Shown in pieces: positions 47,401-59,830 of a DNA stretch of 64,000 bases. Source of the DNA: Eledone cirrhosa. Lineage: Eukaryota. The stretch covers positions 72,416,001-72,480,000 of the forward strand of contig OZ024742.1 in NCBI GenBank assembly GCA_964016885.1, given 5' to 3'. Both the position numbers and the translations under genes were made by a program. Under the pieces are notes generated by a model. It was not told the DNA's origin. It saw nothing but the letters and a program-made list of their open reading frames with translations, and ran no database searches. Positions within the stretch are counted from its first letter, which is position 1. Each line of letters starts with the position of its first letter.

Positions 47401-48412
47401 ACCAAACCCATAGCCTCCATGGATTTCGTCATAGCCGTCACAATGTTGTCCAACGTGACCATTTAGGTCGCCTGCAATAATTATATAGTCACTGTCAGAT
47501 ATTTGGGAGGTAGTTAGCAACAGTGTCTCATAGAATCTGTCTTTTATAGTGCCGGGCAGTCCGGATTGGGGTGCGTACGCAGATATTACTGTCACCGTAG
47601 TTCTATTGAGGACAAGTCTTATTTTAATTATTCTGTCGTTCACTCTATTTACGTCTATTATCTTATCTGCCCACTTTTCTGCTACCATGATTCCTACTCC
47701 ACCCAGCCCATCGTCGTTTCCCACCCAGAAAAGCTTATAACATCGTTTTTTACCCTCAATGAATCTAGCAGACCCACCCCTCCACCTGGTCTCTTGAATA
47801 CAACAAACATCGACCTCCTTACGTTCAAGCATTTCTACAACCTCGTTAGCGCGACCCTTTAGGGTGCCTACATTTATGGTACCAACTCTGAAGTTTTGGG
47901 TTGCGTTTGGAGGGTGGGGGTGGTGGGGGGCGGGAGGAGATAGGGTTATGTTAGCCATCCGCGGACGAAACAAAGAGGAGTGCTCGCATTCTCGTCCACG
48001 AGGTGAATTTGACTTTAACTTTGGCATTTTCGCTCTGGGCGTCCAGATTTTTCTCTCCCTTCCACTCTCCAAGGATTCCGCAGTCCGTCCGTCCGTCCAT
48101 CCATCCATCCATCATATATCGAAGGCAACCGGGCAAGCGATAGTATAGGCCTCTGGCTTATGATTTGGTCCGCGTAATAATAATAATGGTGATGCGTGGG
48201 GGTGGGGGTGGGTGGCTCTGGCTTATAATAATGGTGGTGATGGGGGGGGGGGCTCTGGCTTATGATTGGTCCACGTATTAAGTATGGTGGCGTGTGGGGG
48301 CGGGAGGGAGGGGTGTGGGGTAGCTAGCTGGAAGGTTATGAATGTTTAACAAGCGATTTAACAAAAAGCAAAACTGCAAGATTTGTTCTGTTCAATACGA
48401 CAAAAACACCGT
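44489..48412 (-). mobile_element. Full-length, apparently intact RTE LINE in DOHH intron 1 (antisense)
   Basis: Single 1087-codon ORF, 3' UTR with (GAT)n tail at 44489-44510, 5' UTR with tandem repeats, flanked by AT microsatellite. Confidence 0.95.
44845..48108 (-). CDS. RTE polyprotein: APE endonuclease + reverse transcriptase with inserted PHD finger
   Basis: APE motifs GTINVGTL, IQETRW, GDLNGH, VDYIL, SQHRL; RT motifs DLEKAFD, GVHQGSVLSP, YADD, YLG; C4HC3 CSVC..CPKC..H..C..CGRC. The true start may be a downstream Met, since the first codons derive from a (GGAT)n repeat. Confidence 0.95.
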   Translation of the reverse strand: MDGWTDGRTAESLESGRERKIWTPRAKMPKLKSNSPRGRECEHSSLFRPRMANITLSPPAPHHPHPPNATQNFRVGTINVGTLKGRANEVVEMLERKEVDVCCIQETRWRGGSARFIEGKKRCYKLFWVGNDDGLGGVGIMVAEKWADKIIDVNRVNDRIIKIRLVLNRTTVTVISAYAPQSGLPGTIKDRFYETLLLTTSQISDSDYIIIAGDLNGHVGQHCDGYDEIHGGYGFGTRNEEGSRILEYCDANNLTICNTNFKKRDNHLITYRSGEHTSQVDYILTRRRDRVSVVNTKSLPHEECTSQHRLIISDLIVRTRRTRQQKRTILRRKIWKLKDPTARNKFQSILLDAFDSKEEHLESDNIEGQWKFLKANLLLATDEVCGWSRPVGRRRVTWWWNSKVEGSIKAKKQAWKVWRDGGSRVDYQVARREARREVYLARREAEERKFKHVLQRDDQKREVFRIARQCVKENRDIVGEKCVLNDDGILAITDTDKKVAWKCHYERLLNEENKWEKDSLPHIDPIEGPAVLVEGSIISKAIKDMKTGKAAGPSEIVAEMLKASGTVGHTMVTRIVNQVVQNGVVPKDWHSSIIVNCYKGKGDALDRSNYRGIKLIDQVMKVTEKVIAQLIRERIDLDEMQFGFVSGKSTTDALFIVRQLQEKYLAKGKPLYLAFVDLEKAFDRVPRSIIWWALRKLGVDEWLVRAIQAMYKETVSKVRINNEYSEEFSVKVGVHQGSVLSPLLFIIALQAITEEFKTGCPWELLYADDLTLIAESMAELEKKFQTWKHGLESKGLKINLAKTKVLVCRKENKAAVPSGKWSCSVCRKGVGRNSILCPKCKVWVHKRCSGITGKLTKNIDFTCGRCSGAISSSKCPQNTSSFNCAEGFIEIVDSFRYLGDKISSGGGCSESTVARVRTGWKKFRELIPLLAAKGFSLKMKGRLYDACIRTAMLHGSETWALCAEDIRRLERNEACMLRWMCNSNIRERQSINELRKILEIRGIRCCLLERRLRWYGHVMRMKVDSCITKCRAIKIDGSHGIGRPRKTWDELINSDLTHLHLSKTMSLDRDLWRYSVTEKTRLASRHL

Positions 48413-48424
48413 ATTTATATATAT

Positions 48425-49120
48425 ATTTCATCATTGTTTAACATCCATTTTCCATGTTAGCATGGGTTAGATGTTAGATAAGTCAGATCAGCTGACTGGG
48501 TGTTGCTCATACAAGACTATTTTCTACAGTTGGATATCCTTCCTAATGCCAACCACATCTACAGCATGGACTGGGTATTTTTTATTGTAGCACCAAAATG
48601 ACCAACAGGCAGGTTGGATTTGGTGCTGTTGGTTGTGTCACCAACGTAACCACTTTACAGGGCAGACTAGGTGCTTTGTGTCATGTTACTACATGACCAC
48701 TTAACAGGCTGGACTGGGTGTTTTTTGTCATGTCACCACATGGCCACTTTACATGGATTGGGTATTTTTTGTTGTGTCGCCAATACAACCACATTACAGG
48801 GTGGACTGGGTGCTCTTTTGTCATGTCAGCAGGAGTACCTTACATGGTAGACTTGGGGATTTTGTTGTGTCACCAGCTTGGTCACCTTACGGAGTGGACT
48901 GTGAGCTTTTATATTGGCCATCTCCATAATCCTCACCCTACTCCCATCAATGCCTTCAAAATGTTAGTGCCACAAAAAAAATAACCCAGTTCATCCACTG
49001 CTAGAAGCATGATAAAATGCTTCTAGTACACAGAGTAAAGGAGTGAACAAACAAGATGTGGTCACCTGAACCAGTCTAATCCATGCAAGCATGGAAAATA
49101 GACATTAAATAGTGATGATA
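48425..49120. mobile_element. Non-autonomous RTE-tail elements with ~39-bp tandem array, opposite orientations
   Basis: Repeated TTACA..GTGGACTGGGTGCTTTTT.TTGTG.CACCA.CA units. Similar arrays at 19010-19330, 41140-41420, 42395-42920, 57740-58060 and 63255-63700. Confidence 0.7.
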
Positions 49121-50119
49121 TGTATACACAAGCGTGAACTCATTGTCTTATAGATAGTGTATTTGTCTTGTTACATAGATGTATCTTTAAAAAGATAGAC
49201 ATAAATAGAAAAGAGAAAGAGTTGTGTTAAAGACATGACAACTGCTCTGGTGTTGATAATCTTCCCAATAGACACACTCAATATACTTTGTAATGTGGTT
49301 GGTGATAGGAAGCGTATTCAGCTATTGAAAACCTGCCACACAACGGATCAGAAGTACTCTTCAGCTGTGTCAAAGTTATGTCAATCTCCTTAGTGTTGGT
49401 GCCATAAAAAAATGCAGCTAGTAGAGTGCAGGGGTATATGAAAGCGAGATGTGGTACCCCAACCTATATGAGCACTTGGTCAAGTGTGGGAATATATGTG
49501 ATGTATAGGCCCTCGGTTCAACTGAGATGTCAGTATTTCTGCATGAGTATTAACTTATACAACCCTTACCAGCAGGGGAAACATTAAATGATGATGTGTG
49601 TGTGAGAGAGGTTGATAGAAATAAAGAATTAAAAAATGAAATTTTCTGTCAGAATATCAAGTTATGACATAAGAATCAAAGATCTCAAGTAATCAAGTAT
49701 TTATTTTTCTCATATATCATCATCATCATATGTCTATTTTCCATGCTAGCATGAATTGTCACATACTTAGGTTGGACTTATCAGGTGACCACATCTTGCT
49801 TGTACGTTCTGCTTTTGGCTTGGTTTCTATAGTTGAATGCCTTTCTTTATGCTAACTACTTTACATCATGGACTGGATGCTTTTTTTTTGTGGCACCAGC
49901 ACTACTGCCTTATAGGATAGATTGGGTGCTTTTTATTTTAGCACCAGCACTTCCACTTCTCTCTCTCTCTGAGAGGTAGAGAGAGAGAGATTAGTAGGGA
50001 GCTATCAAGCAGCCAAGCAGATCATAATACACAATAGGCTGAAGGGAATAGATAAAGATATATAACTTGAAACCACATTATGTAAAGCTTCTTAACTACA
50101 TAGCCATACACGCACATAT

Positions 50120-51020
50120 AAATAATAATGATAATAATGAAAATATTGTGTACCGTGCTCAGGTGCACTACAACTCATCAAAAGTGTATGTAGGTGCACT
50201 ACAACTCATCAAAAGTGTATGTAGGGTAATGTACAAACGTCAGGAAAATGAACAGTGCATGAGTCATGATATACACGTGTGCATGTGTATGGAAGGGGTA
50301 CATCAGGTGTAGTTTTGGCGAATTTCGGGAAGCATGAGGGTTTTAAAGGATGCAGTGTCTCGGCAGCTAACAACTGATGCTAGCAGTTTGTTCCATGCTT
50401 CAGCAACTCTAAGCGTGAAAAAATGTTTCCGAAAGTCATGGGAGCTGTATTGTTTTCTGATTTGGTAGACATGTCCACGTGTGTTAGACACATGGAGATC
50501 AAAAAGGTGCTCAGGGTTGTTGTTGGCAAGATAATTAATAACTTTGTGCGTGTTTACCAAGTCCATTGCCAGACGTCGGAGTTTCAATGAATCCATGCCC
50601 AGGGAAGCAAGGCGTTCAGAGTATGGTAGGTGTCTGATGGAGGGTATGCGCTTGGTTGCATGTCTCTGAACAGTTTCCAGGAGGTCAATGTTCTGAGCAA
50701 GATAGGGGTTCCAGACTGATGATGCGAATTCCAAGTGTGGTCGTACCATAGCTGTATAGTTTTAAATAGATGGCTGGAGAGCGGCTAACAAAGGTCTTGC
50801 TGAGTGATGCCAAGACACCCTCGGCCTTCTTGACAAGCTTAGAGACGTGCTTTGTCCAACGCAAATCGCTGCTGACAGTAATGCCTAAGTCACGTTCACA
50901 AGAGGACTTCTTGATATCAGTGTTGTGCTGGGAGTATGTGGACGCTGGATTTTTCTTCCCAAAATGCATGGTGGTACACTTGTCCACAGCCAGCTTCAGT
51001 TGCCAGTCTGTGATCCATTG
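50120..51020 (-). mobile_element. CR1-clade LINE 3' fragment
   Basis: WQLKLAVDKC..MHFG, ERDLGITVSSDLRW..H, VRPHLEFASSVWNPY, YSERLASL, NTRGH, FFTLRVAEAWN; (ATT)n tail. Confidence 0.9.
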
Positions 51021-51379
51021 CTGCGTTGTAGATTTCAGGATCAGTCCTTTTGATTTCAAGGTACAGATATATTTGTGTGTGTGTGTGTGTATACACACAC
51101 ACACATATATATATAGTTATACTTATATAGTTATACTTATATAAAAATATAAATATAAATAAGATATATTACCCAATTACCAGTAAGATAAGTAGCTCAA
51201 TGTAAAATATAAAATATACTACAGAGCAGAAATACAGCATAAATAACAATCAAATTGTGTTTAAGGTATTTAATTGCTTACGATTGCTTTGATATATTGC
51301 AGTTAACAATCTTCTCACATATAATGTATCTTGTTGAATGTTCTAATGATTAGGAATATATTTGTCTAAACCTTTTATA

Positions 51380-51426
51380 TGCTCCGATGATTCCAGACCT
51401 ATATCTGGATGAAACGGTCGTAAGCA
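51380..51426 (+). ncRNA. Minimal type I hammerhead ribozyme motif (Penelope-like)
   Basis: TGCT-CCGATGA-T-TCCAGA-cctata-TCTGGA-T-GAAAC-GGTC-GTA-AGCA; partial inverted copy at ~51230-51290. Confidence 0.65.
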
Positions 51427-51467
51427 AGTAACTGCCTTAATTGTTATTTGTTGTATATATATATATA

Positions 51468-51517
<50 letters not shown>

Positions 51518-52255
51518 GCCATTCACATAAACATGTATGTGTGTCTGTTTGTGTGTGTAAATGGTAGGGCTGGTACCACAATAAAATGTACTTAGTGTAC
51601 TTTGCAAAGGGGTTAGTGGTTAGAAAAGGCATCCAGTTGTAGAAATCATACCAAATATGGAATGAGTCAAAACAACATTCCCCAACCAGTCTAGTCTTGG
51701 ACTGTTACAACCCACTCAACCTATGCTGAACTATTTGCTTACAACTAGAAGGAATAGACTATTGACAGTTAAGTATATTGCTATGGGTATATTACAGTGA
51801 ATTAACCATACAATGGTATTTACTTACAGCTATTGATAGGTAAGTGTCTTGGTAATAGACACAATACAGTACCACACTACCTACAGCTAGATAAACTGTT
51901 GACAGTTTAGTGTCTTTGTCATGTACCCAGTACAGTGACCAATGCCATACTGTAGTATTTACTTACAGCTAGGTGGACTGGATCATTGACAGTAAATTGT
52001 CTTGGTTATAGAGGTAGTATAGTGGTACCTACTTACAGTTAGGTGCACTGGACTTGATAGTTAAGTGTCATAATCATAGACATAGTATAATGCTTTTTAA
52101 TTTTGGCACAAGACCACTAACTTGGTTGGTACTTTATTTTATTGATTTTGGAAGGATGAACGGCAAAGTTGACCTCAGTGGGATTTGAACTCAGAATAAA
52201 TAATGTAAAACAGTTATCTGATGCCCTAACAATTCTGCCAATCCACCACCCTTAA

Positions 52256-53011
52256 CTCTTTAGCATTTACATTACTCTATATATACCACTGTATTTTTGT
52301 GGTAAAGGCTTTATCTATCTATATATGACTAAAATTCTGCGATTGCTTGCTTGCTTGCTTGTCTGTAATGTAATACAGTTAAAAGGGCCTATAATGGAAA
52401 AATACTCTGAAAGGAAGTTGACCCTGAAATGGGAATACAGATGGATTAAAACAAGTTTCACGTACATCAAAGCACGGGTTCCCAAGATATGGGAGTTTTC
52501 CAGATAAACAGAGAGAGAAAGAGATAGTGGTTGTGAGAGAGTAGATTGAAAGAGAGACATAGAGAAAGGGAGAGGAGAGAGAGAGAGCTGATGGTGTTGT
52601 TGTGTATATATATGTGTGTGTTTGACCAGTGTATATAGATCACAGACACCCACATATATATATACACACATGTATATATGTATACACACATTTATATATA
52701 TACATACACACGTGTATATATATATATATATGGGCCTTCCAGTTTCATATCACATTATATACATGTCTGTATATTTTAATTATTTAAAAATTATTTTTAA
52801 GTGAACATATTTTTTAGTGAACGTAACCCAACGGGTCACGAGTGGTCTAGTCTTACATAATTATCTCACATAATTTCGAATCTGAGATTTTGATGTTATT
52901 TATTTTGAGAAAAATACTTTAACATCAGTATGAGTGGCCAGTTACAGCTAGCTTGAAATGAAAGAGGTGAGAGAATTCTAGCCGGATATGGCAAGCTTAA
53001 ATGCTAAAGAG
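52256..53011. mobile_element. piggyBac-type MITE containing a nested Helitron
   Basis: TTAA|CTCTTTAGCATTT ... AAATGCTAAAGAG|CTAA terminal inverted repeats. Confidence 0.75.
52314..52850 (+). mobile_element. Non-autonomous Helitron (second family)
   Basis: A|TCTATCTATAT start, (GCTT)n, 3' hairpin CGTAACCC/GGGTCACG and CTAG|T end. Confidence 0.8.
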
Positions 53012-53223
53012 CTAAACTTTGCTACACTATTGCACCAAATTACAACTAGGTGAACTAGATTCCTAGCCACTGACAAAATGGTAGTAACAGGGTGTGAACC
53101 ATCTGACAACCAGTTCAGACATCCGCACCTTGAATTTATTGTTACCACTTCATTCTTTGAAATATTCTGTCTTATTAATCTTCTATAGTGTTGAATTACC
53201 CCACTGTTCTGAGTAATGTCATA

Positions 53224-54351
53224 TCTCTGTATATATAAAACAGAGGATGTCTGTGTAAATTCCTAAAACTTGAGAAGTACCCGACCAATTTTTTTCAAAC
53301 TTTACACATGTGTTACTTATATTTCTTGAAGTGCAATGGGCTAAAGAAATTTTAACTTTTTCTGCTCTAGGCAGAAATCTGCATTAGGCGATAAACCGCA
53401 ATTTTTAGTCTGTTTTGAGCCATAACTTGAAGATAATCCAGCCGATTTCCTCGAAATTTGCAGCACACATTAGTTAGTCCCCTTCCAATTCCATTAATGG
53501 TTTTTAGGAAATTTACAAATTAGCATTGGGTATTACATGCCATTTTCATTTTCAATATAAACGCTACTTAAACATCGTAAGTAGCGTATATTTTGTTAAA
53601 AATTTGGTTTATTTAACAGAGAACACAACGCTTACTTTTAAGCAGGACCATTTTCGGAGGATTGAGGAAATGAGGAGGACCTTAAAATTTTTGTCGACAC
53701 CCTGTTGATGCTTCGTACTTTCATCACGCGCAAATCCGGGCCCTGTGTACGTTGCCGTGTTATTGACACTGTAAAACTCACGTCTGTGCTACTTCTACTA
53801 AGACCCCTTTTGTTGCACCTACACTGCAGTATGAACGTCCTGCGCAAGTACGCTGAACAGCGGTTGTGCTAATTCCGCAGTGACCCCTTTTGTCACACCT
53901 TTGTTGCTGTGTAAACACAGTGCAACGAGTGCCGCCCAGCATTTGTGCTAATTGCACTATGATCCCCTTCTGCTGCAGCTGCGTTGCCACGCTGATTTCG
54001 TTATCTCAATATCCCTACTTAAACGTACATCCCTACTTGGTTTTCACACAATTGACTACGTCGTTCCTTCAGACTGACGTGTATTCCCTATCCATGATGT
54101 AATTCGTAAACAGATTTACGACATACATTGCCCCACAACACTTACTCCTTTCGCATACAGAATTTCCGCAATCAGCCCACTGACACTGCTACTACTGGAT
54201 TCGGCCTGCTGGTGTTCTACATTTCCAGTAGATGAACAATCATTCCCTGAGAATAAGGGAATTCAAAAAGTACACAGCTACATTCCTCAATCCTTGCATG
54301 TGTTGCTATTTCACGTTTCCTACCCCATGCAACGCCGGGTCCTGCTGCTAG
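53224..54351 (+). mobile_element. Non-autonomous Helitron with unidentified internal cargo
   Basis: A|TCTCTGTATATATAAAA start; CCCATGCAACGCCGGG hairpin plus CTAG end. Confidence 0.8.
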
Positions 54352-54730
54352 AATATATATATATATATGAGAGAGAGAAATTCATAGCCTCTAACCCTGC
54401 ATAAAAGCAACATGAGCTGATCTTCTGCCCCAAATCATAATTTAACAAAGATCTCATATAATGCAAGATTCTAATTTAGATATGAATTCTTTAAACCAAC
54501 AACCTGAAATTAGCCTAGCTCTATAATACAAAGCTGTTTTAAAGTGATTATATTTATCTAAACATCAGCTTTATAATGAAAAAGTTATATTACTAAATTG
54601 AGTGTTGCATGAGATGCTTTGACATTGCTTCTGGGTTCAACCCACTCTTGGCCTACATGGATAAGTAAGCCTAAAACCAGTGTAGTTGCTCAGGCTTCAT
54701 CCAGTGAAAAGGGCTGGGTTAAACTTTAAC

Positions 54731-54955
54731 CCTTTTGTTATTATATTTCTAATGAGATAATCTATTTGAATCAGTGATTGAAAAAGTTTGGAGTTACTAA
54801 AATTATTATTTCATTATTAAAAGTATTTATAACATAATTTATAACAAAAAAGTTCTTTATGCTGGAAGATTTAAATTTAAATAGGAACCTTTTAAAATGT
54901 GTGGTTTTGTTTCAGGGAACCAAAGGTGGTTTGGGGCAGGTTGGCATTAAAAGAG
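54731..54955. mobile_element. TTAA-flanked piggyBac-type MITE (representative copy)
   Basis: TTAA|CCCTTTTG...AAAAGAG|CTAA. Related copies at ~10541, 40885, 41608, 41858, 54490 and 60834. Confidence 0.6.
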
Positions 54956-55360
54956 CTAATGTTTTGGGTGTGTTAGTACCAGGTGTTAAATCATGAATGT
55001 GTTGATATAAAAATAAAATAAATATCAATATTATTATTGTTGTTGGTAGTATTATTAATATTATCAACTAATTCAAAAGCATTTTCTATTCATAAATTTA
55101 CTTTTTTATTTTTTTTTTTGTTTTGTTATTATTTTATTTTCTAAATCCCATTCATTGGGTGCTTTAATCATATATTTAATCCAGGTTTGGGATTAGGAGC
55201 AGAATCTCTTTATATCATTTAATTCCTTTATATTTATGATTTTCATTTTTTATTTATTTATTAATTGTTTTATTTTCATTAAAACAAGACTTTCTAGTGC
55301 TGACTATCACCTAGCAACTGTACAGATGTATCTACACACACACACACACACGTGTGTATA

Positions 55361-57740
55361 TCATCATCATCATTTTACGTCCACTTTTCCCTGCTTGCAA
55401 GGGTTCGACGGTTCCTATTCAGCACAGCATCTGTCCACTTGTCACGGTCCTTCGTCATCTCCTCAGTGAGTTTCAGCGATCTGAGCTCTGCTCTCACCAT
55501 GTTTTTCGTGGTCTACCTCTACTGCGTCTTCTTTCTACTGGGATTTCTTGGCACTTCTTCACCCATCGGTCATCCTCCATGCGCATCACATGTCCATACC
55601 ATATCAGCCTTCTCTCCTGCACACCAGAACTTATCCCTCTTATAACCAGTTTCTTTCTCAACTCGTCTATGCTTGGTTGTTCATGCACATTGACATTGCA
55701 CATCCAACGGAGCATGCTTGTTTCATTTCATATCTTCTGCAGTTGCTGCCCATGTCTCACTACCATGCAGCATCGCACATCTCACACAGGCATCATATAA
55801 GCGTCTTTTCGTACACAGGGAGAAACCCTTCTTTGTCAACAGAGGAAGCAGCTCCCTAAACTTCTTCCAACCCATCCTTATTCTAGATACTATGGCCTCG
55901 GAACCCCCCCCCCCTCCCATACTAATCTGATCACCTAGGTACCGGAAGCTGTCAACTACTTCTATAGAACCCACATGCATTGGAAAAATGTGTCTATCAC
56001 TGTGATTACTACTGCCAACTTTCCCTGTACATCTACTGCATACGTAGTTTTCTCTACCTGTTAGTTTGTCTGCTATCCCACTACATCTCTTGTGTACCTA
56101 AGATCTGCATTGCGTACATTTTATGGAATTTATGCCAGTTCCTTTCCTACGTATCAAACATGGCCATTTCCCTGATGGAATCAGAGTATTGTCCTCTCTT
56201 CTACTTATCAACACTTTTGTTTTAGCTATGTTCACTCTCAGGCCTCTTGATTCCAACTGCTGTTTCCATAGCCAGAATTTATTCTCTAGCTTCTCTACTG
56301 ATTCTGCTATAAGAACCAGATCATCAGCATAGAGAAGTTTCCATGGGCAACCAGTCTTAAACTCCTCCGTTATGGCTTGGAGGACTATAATGAACAAGAG
56401 CGGGCTGAGGACCGAACTCTGATGTACACCTACTTGTATCTGGAATTCCTCACTAAACTCCATTCCTATTCTCACTTTACTGACAGCACCCCTGTACATA
56501 GCTTGCAGTGTCCTCACAAGCCATTTCTCTACACCTAGTTTCCTTAGGGACCACCAGATGACAGATCGGGGTACCCTATCAAAGGCCTTCTCTAGGTCAA
56601 CAAAAGCTAAGTATAGTGGTTTATTCTTCTCTAAGAACCTCTCTTGTAATTGCCTCACTAAGAAGAGGGCATCTGTTGTACTTTAACGAGGCACAAAACC
56701 AACTGTATCTCATCTAATTTGACCCTTTCTCTAATCAGTTGCGTTAATATTCTCTCTGCCACTTTCATAACCTGATCCATCAGCTTTATGCCCCTATAAT
56801 TGCTCCTCTCTAGAGCATCCCCATTACCTTTGTAGCAATTTATGAGAATACTGCTGCACCAGTCTTTGGGTATGACACCACCATATATAGCTTGATCAAT
56901 CGTGTGCAACTAGTTTAGTGCCTACTTCTCCTGATGCCTTCAGCATCTCCCCAACTATCCCCGACGGTCCAGCAGCCATACCATTTTTCATTTCCTTAAT
57001 TGCATTTTGTACTCTATATTCGTCAATCTCAATAGCTGGTCCCTCTGCCAGGCCTACTGGAGGTAATTTCTCTCTGTCCCATTCGTTCTCCACATTCATC
57101 AGTCTCTCATAATGACATTTCCAGGCCTCTTTTTTTTGATCATTCGTGACACTAAGTACACCGGCATCATTCCGGACACACTTATCTCCAACAACATCCT
57201 GATTTGTACTGACCCACTGCCTTGCAATGTGGAACACTGCACGTCTCTGATCTTCCCGTCGCAGAACATTTGCAAATCTCCTACTCTCAGCCTCCCTGCG
57301 TGCTAAGTTCACCTGACGTCTAGCTTCTCTCTTAGCGGCTGTGTATCCTTCTCTTCTCCTGTTTTTCCAAGCCTTCCTTGCCAGCCTTTTGTCTCTAATG
57401 GCCCTATCTACCGTGCTGTTCCACCACCAGGTCACTCTCTGTCTGGTTGAAGCTCTGCCCCAGCCACAAGTGTCTTCAGTAGCCTGCAGTAAATTGTCAC
57501 GCAAGAAATTCCAGTTATCATCTATGTCGTACAACTCTAAATCGTTTTCTTTTTCGTCATACATATCTTGAAGGGCTTTGCTAAATTTATATTTTAATAA
57601 AAGGTCTTTTAGCTTCCAGACCTTTCTTTTCCACACCTTACTGTATGTCTCATTCTTTCTCTTGCTTACTGAGATGTCACTAATGACTAACCTATACTGT
57701 GGGGTACATTCTTCCCCGGGGTATGCCTTAGTATTTGACA
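55361..57740 (-). mobile_element. Decayed RTE LINE (related subfamily, linker to 3' end)
   Basis: ORFs 56896-57864, 56658-56909, 56098-56658 (YADD), 55723-55980 and 55494-55715 are colinear with the intact RTE; frameshifted; (GAT)n tail. Confidence 0.92.
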
Positions 57741-59239
57741 CCATCTGTCTCGCTAGTGTCATGATAAAATGTACCCTGTACAGTCTGTAAAGTGCTGGTG
57801 CCACAATAAAATGTGCCCAATCTACTCTGTAAAGTGGTTGTGTTGGTGCTACAGTTAAATGCACCCAGAATAATCTTTAAAGTGGAGTGTTGGTGTTATG
57901 ATAAAATGCACCCAGTATACCCTGTAAAGTGGTTCCTGTTAGGAAAGGTATCCGGTTGTAGAAACCATGCCAAAAGTTGAACATATGAGCCATCAATTCT
58001 CAGAAAATGCCAACATGTCCGACCCATGCCAGCATGAAAAAAAGAGATAAATGATGATGATAATATATTTTTGGAGAGGCAATTTCGGCCAAGATTTGAA
58101 GCAACTAAACATTGGAGTATAAAGATAGAGCCATGTCAATTTGATCTGAGTACTTTCTAACACTTGTTTATTGATAGCAACATATATGACATTCTTCTCT
58201 AATAGTGGTAGTGGTTGTGGTGAGTTTACTGTGTATTGTTGGGAGCTGGTTGTTTGGAGCAGAGACAATTGCAGTTTATTTATTTACCAGGTGAACCTGG
58301 TAATTTCTAGTATATGTTATGTTTACAATTGTAGCATCTTTAAGCAATGCCAAGTAGTATGTTTCAGAGAAAAAAATAGGCAGTATTTTAGAGAATATGG
58401 ACAGGATTAACCCTTTAGCATATACATTACATCATTGATTTTTGACTTTCAGTTTGTGACTTGGTAGTCAAATACTCATACTATCCACTCAGCCATTATA
58501 TCTCAACATAGCTTATAACTGATGATTTTAGTATCGGCCCGGCCAAGCAGATCATTATTTTACCTTCAGAAACCAGTTGGAACTGGTATTGCGGTTGGAT
58601 GAGGTCATTGGCCTGTGATATGGTAGGTTTTGTTGACTGATGACTTGGTTATCTAATTTGCTCTTCTCGTGAACCACTCTAAAATATTTCTGGAACTATC
58701 TAATCTACTATTCTCATGAATCATTCTACAGTATTCCTGGAAATATCTACCACTTATATGACTGGAATTGATGAAGGTCAAATAGCAACCTACACCTTAT
58801 CAGATACAGATAGACTGATACAGTGATATGTATATGGTTAATAAGTTTGCTTTGCAATCATTAGCTTCTGAGTTCGATCTTACTGTGTGAGGGCCTAGAA
58901 CAAATATCAAGGCATTTAATGACTACTTCAATGACTACCAATTCATAACCTTTGGCTACACATGTGATCAGTATCTCAATATATTAGATACTGCTAACTG
59001 TTGTATCTAAACAAAAAGACTCACTATGTACTGTGTGTGTATCATCTCCATCATCAGTTTTTTACATGCCTGTGTTGGTTGGATGGGGCTTTTTAAGGCA
59101 ATGTTTTACAACCGGATTCCATTCCTGACACTAACCCTCTTAGTCACTTCTTACGACATACAGTGTCTTCTAAACTGGATACACACGGTGTGTATGTGAA
59201 TGTATTTCTACTGTATTTCATTTTTCTGTGAAACTGATT

Positions 59240-59830
59240 TTTTTTTATTCTCTAGCTTGTCCAATGATATTTGTTGGTAATGACTTTGATAAAGATTTCA
59301 TTGAAGATTGGGTCAGTTCTGTTCACTTCATTTCCTGGCTGGCTGGTGACTGATATGATCAATCCACGATTGGCAAATCCAACCTCAGTGGCCACAGGGA
59401 AATATCATCTGGATTGTGCTGGGCTCTGCTTTGATGCAGTTTGTTTTTGTTGGGCTCTCTTCAGGTTGTCACAACAATTTACTTCAAATGCTTGGGTAGC
59501 CTGCCAGATGGTGTGGTACCAAGCATTGTGGTCATGCTTTGAGGGCCTTTTTCAGCATGTCATTGTACTACTTCCTGGGTGCACTACTTTTATGAGAGCC
59601 AGAAGACAATTCACCATAGAGTATAATTTTTGGCGGACTATCGCCTGCCATTCTGGAGACATGCTGATCTATAAGAAAGGAGAAAAAGCAGATTGCTCCA
59701 ATTACAGAGGTACCATCCTGCTTAACAGACTAACACCTACCATTGCTGAGAGCCAGTGTGGTTTTTAGAGCAAATCAGGGCACCATGGACATGTTTATCT
59801 TGAGGCAGCTCCATGAAAAATGTCATGAAC
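59240..59830. mobile_element. RTE fragment with internal inversion
   Basis: Minus strand 3'-region remnant to ~59660 abuts plus strand IYKKGEKADCSNYRG...ESQCGF..GTMDMF.LRQL. Confidence 0.6.

Noticed and set aside
44921-48148. Plus-strand ORFs opposite the RTE ORF (also opposite the BovB-like and R4 elements)
   Set aside because: Antisense shadows of TE coding sequence with no independent motifs.
48560-48905. CRISPR-like array
   Set aside because: The units are contiguous diverged tandem repeats from an RTE 3' UTR with no unique spacers or cas genes, in a eukaryotic context.
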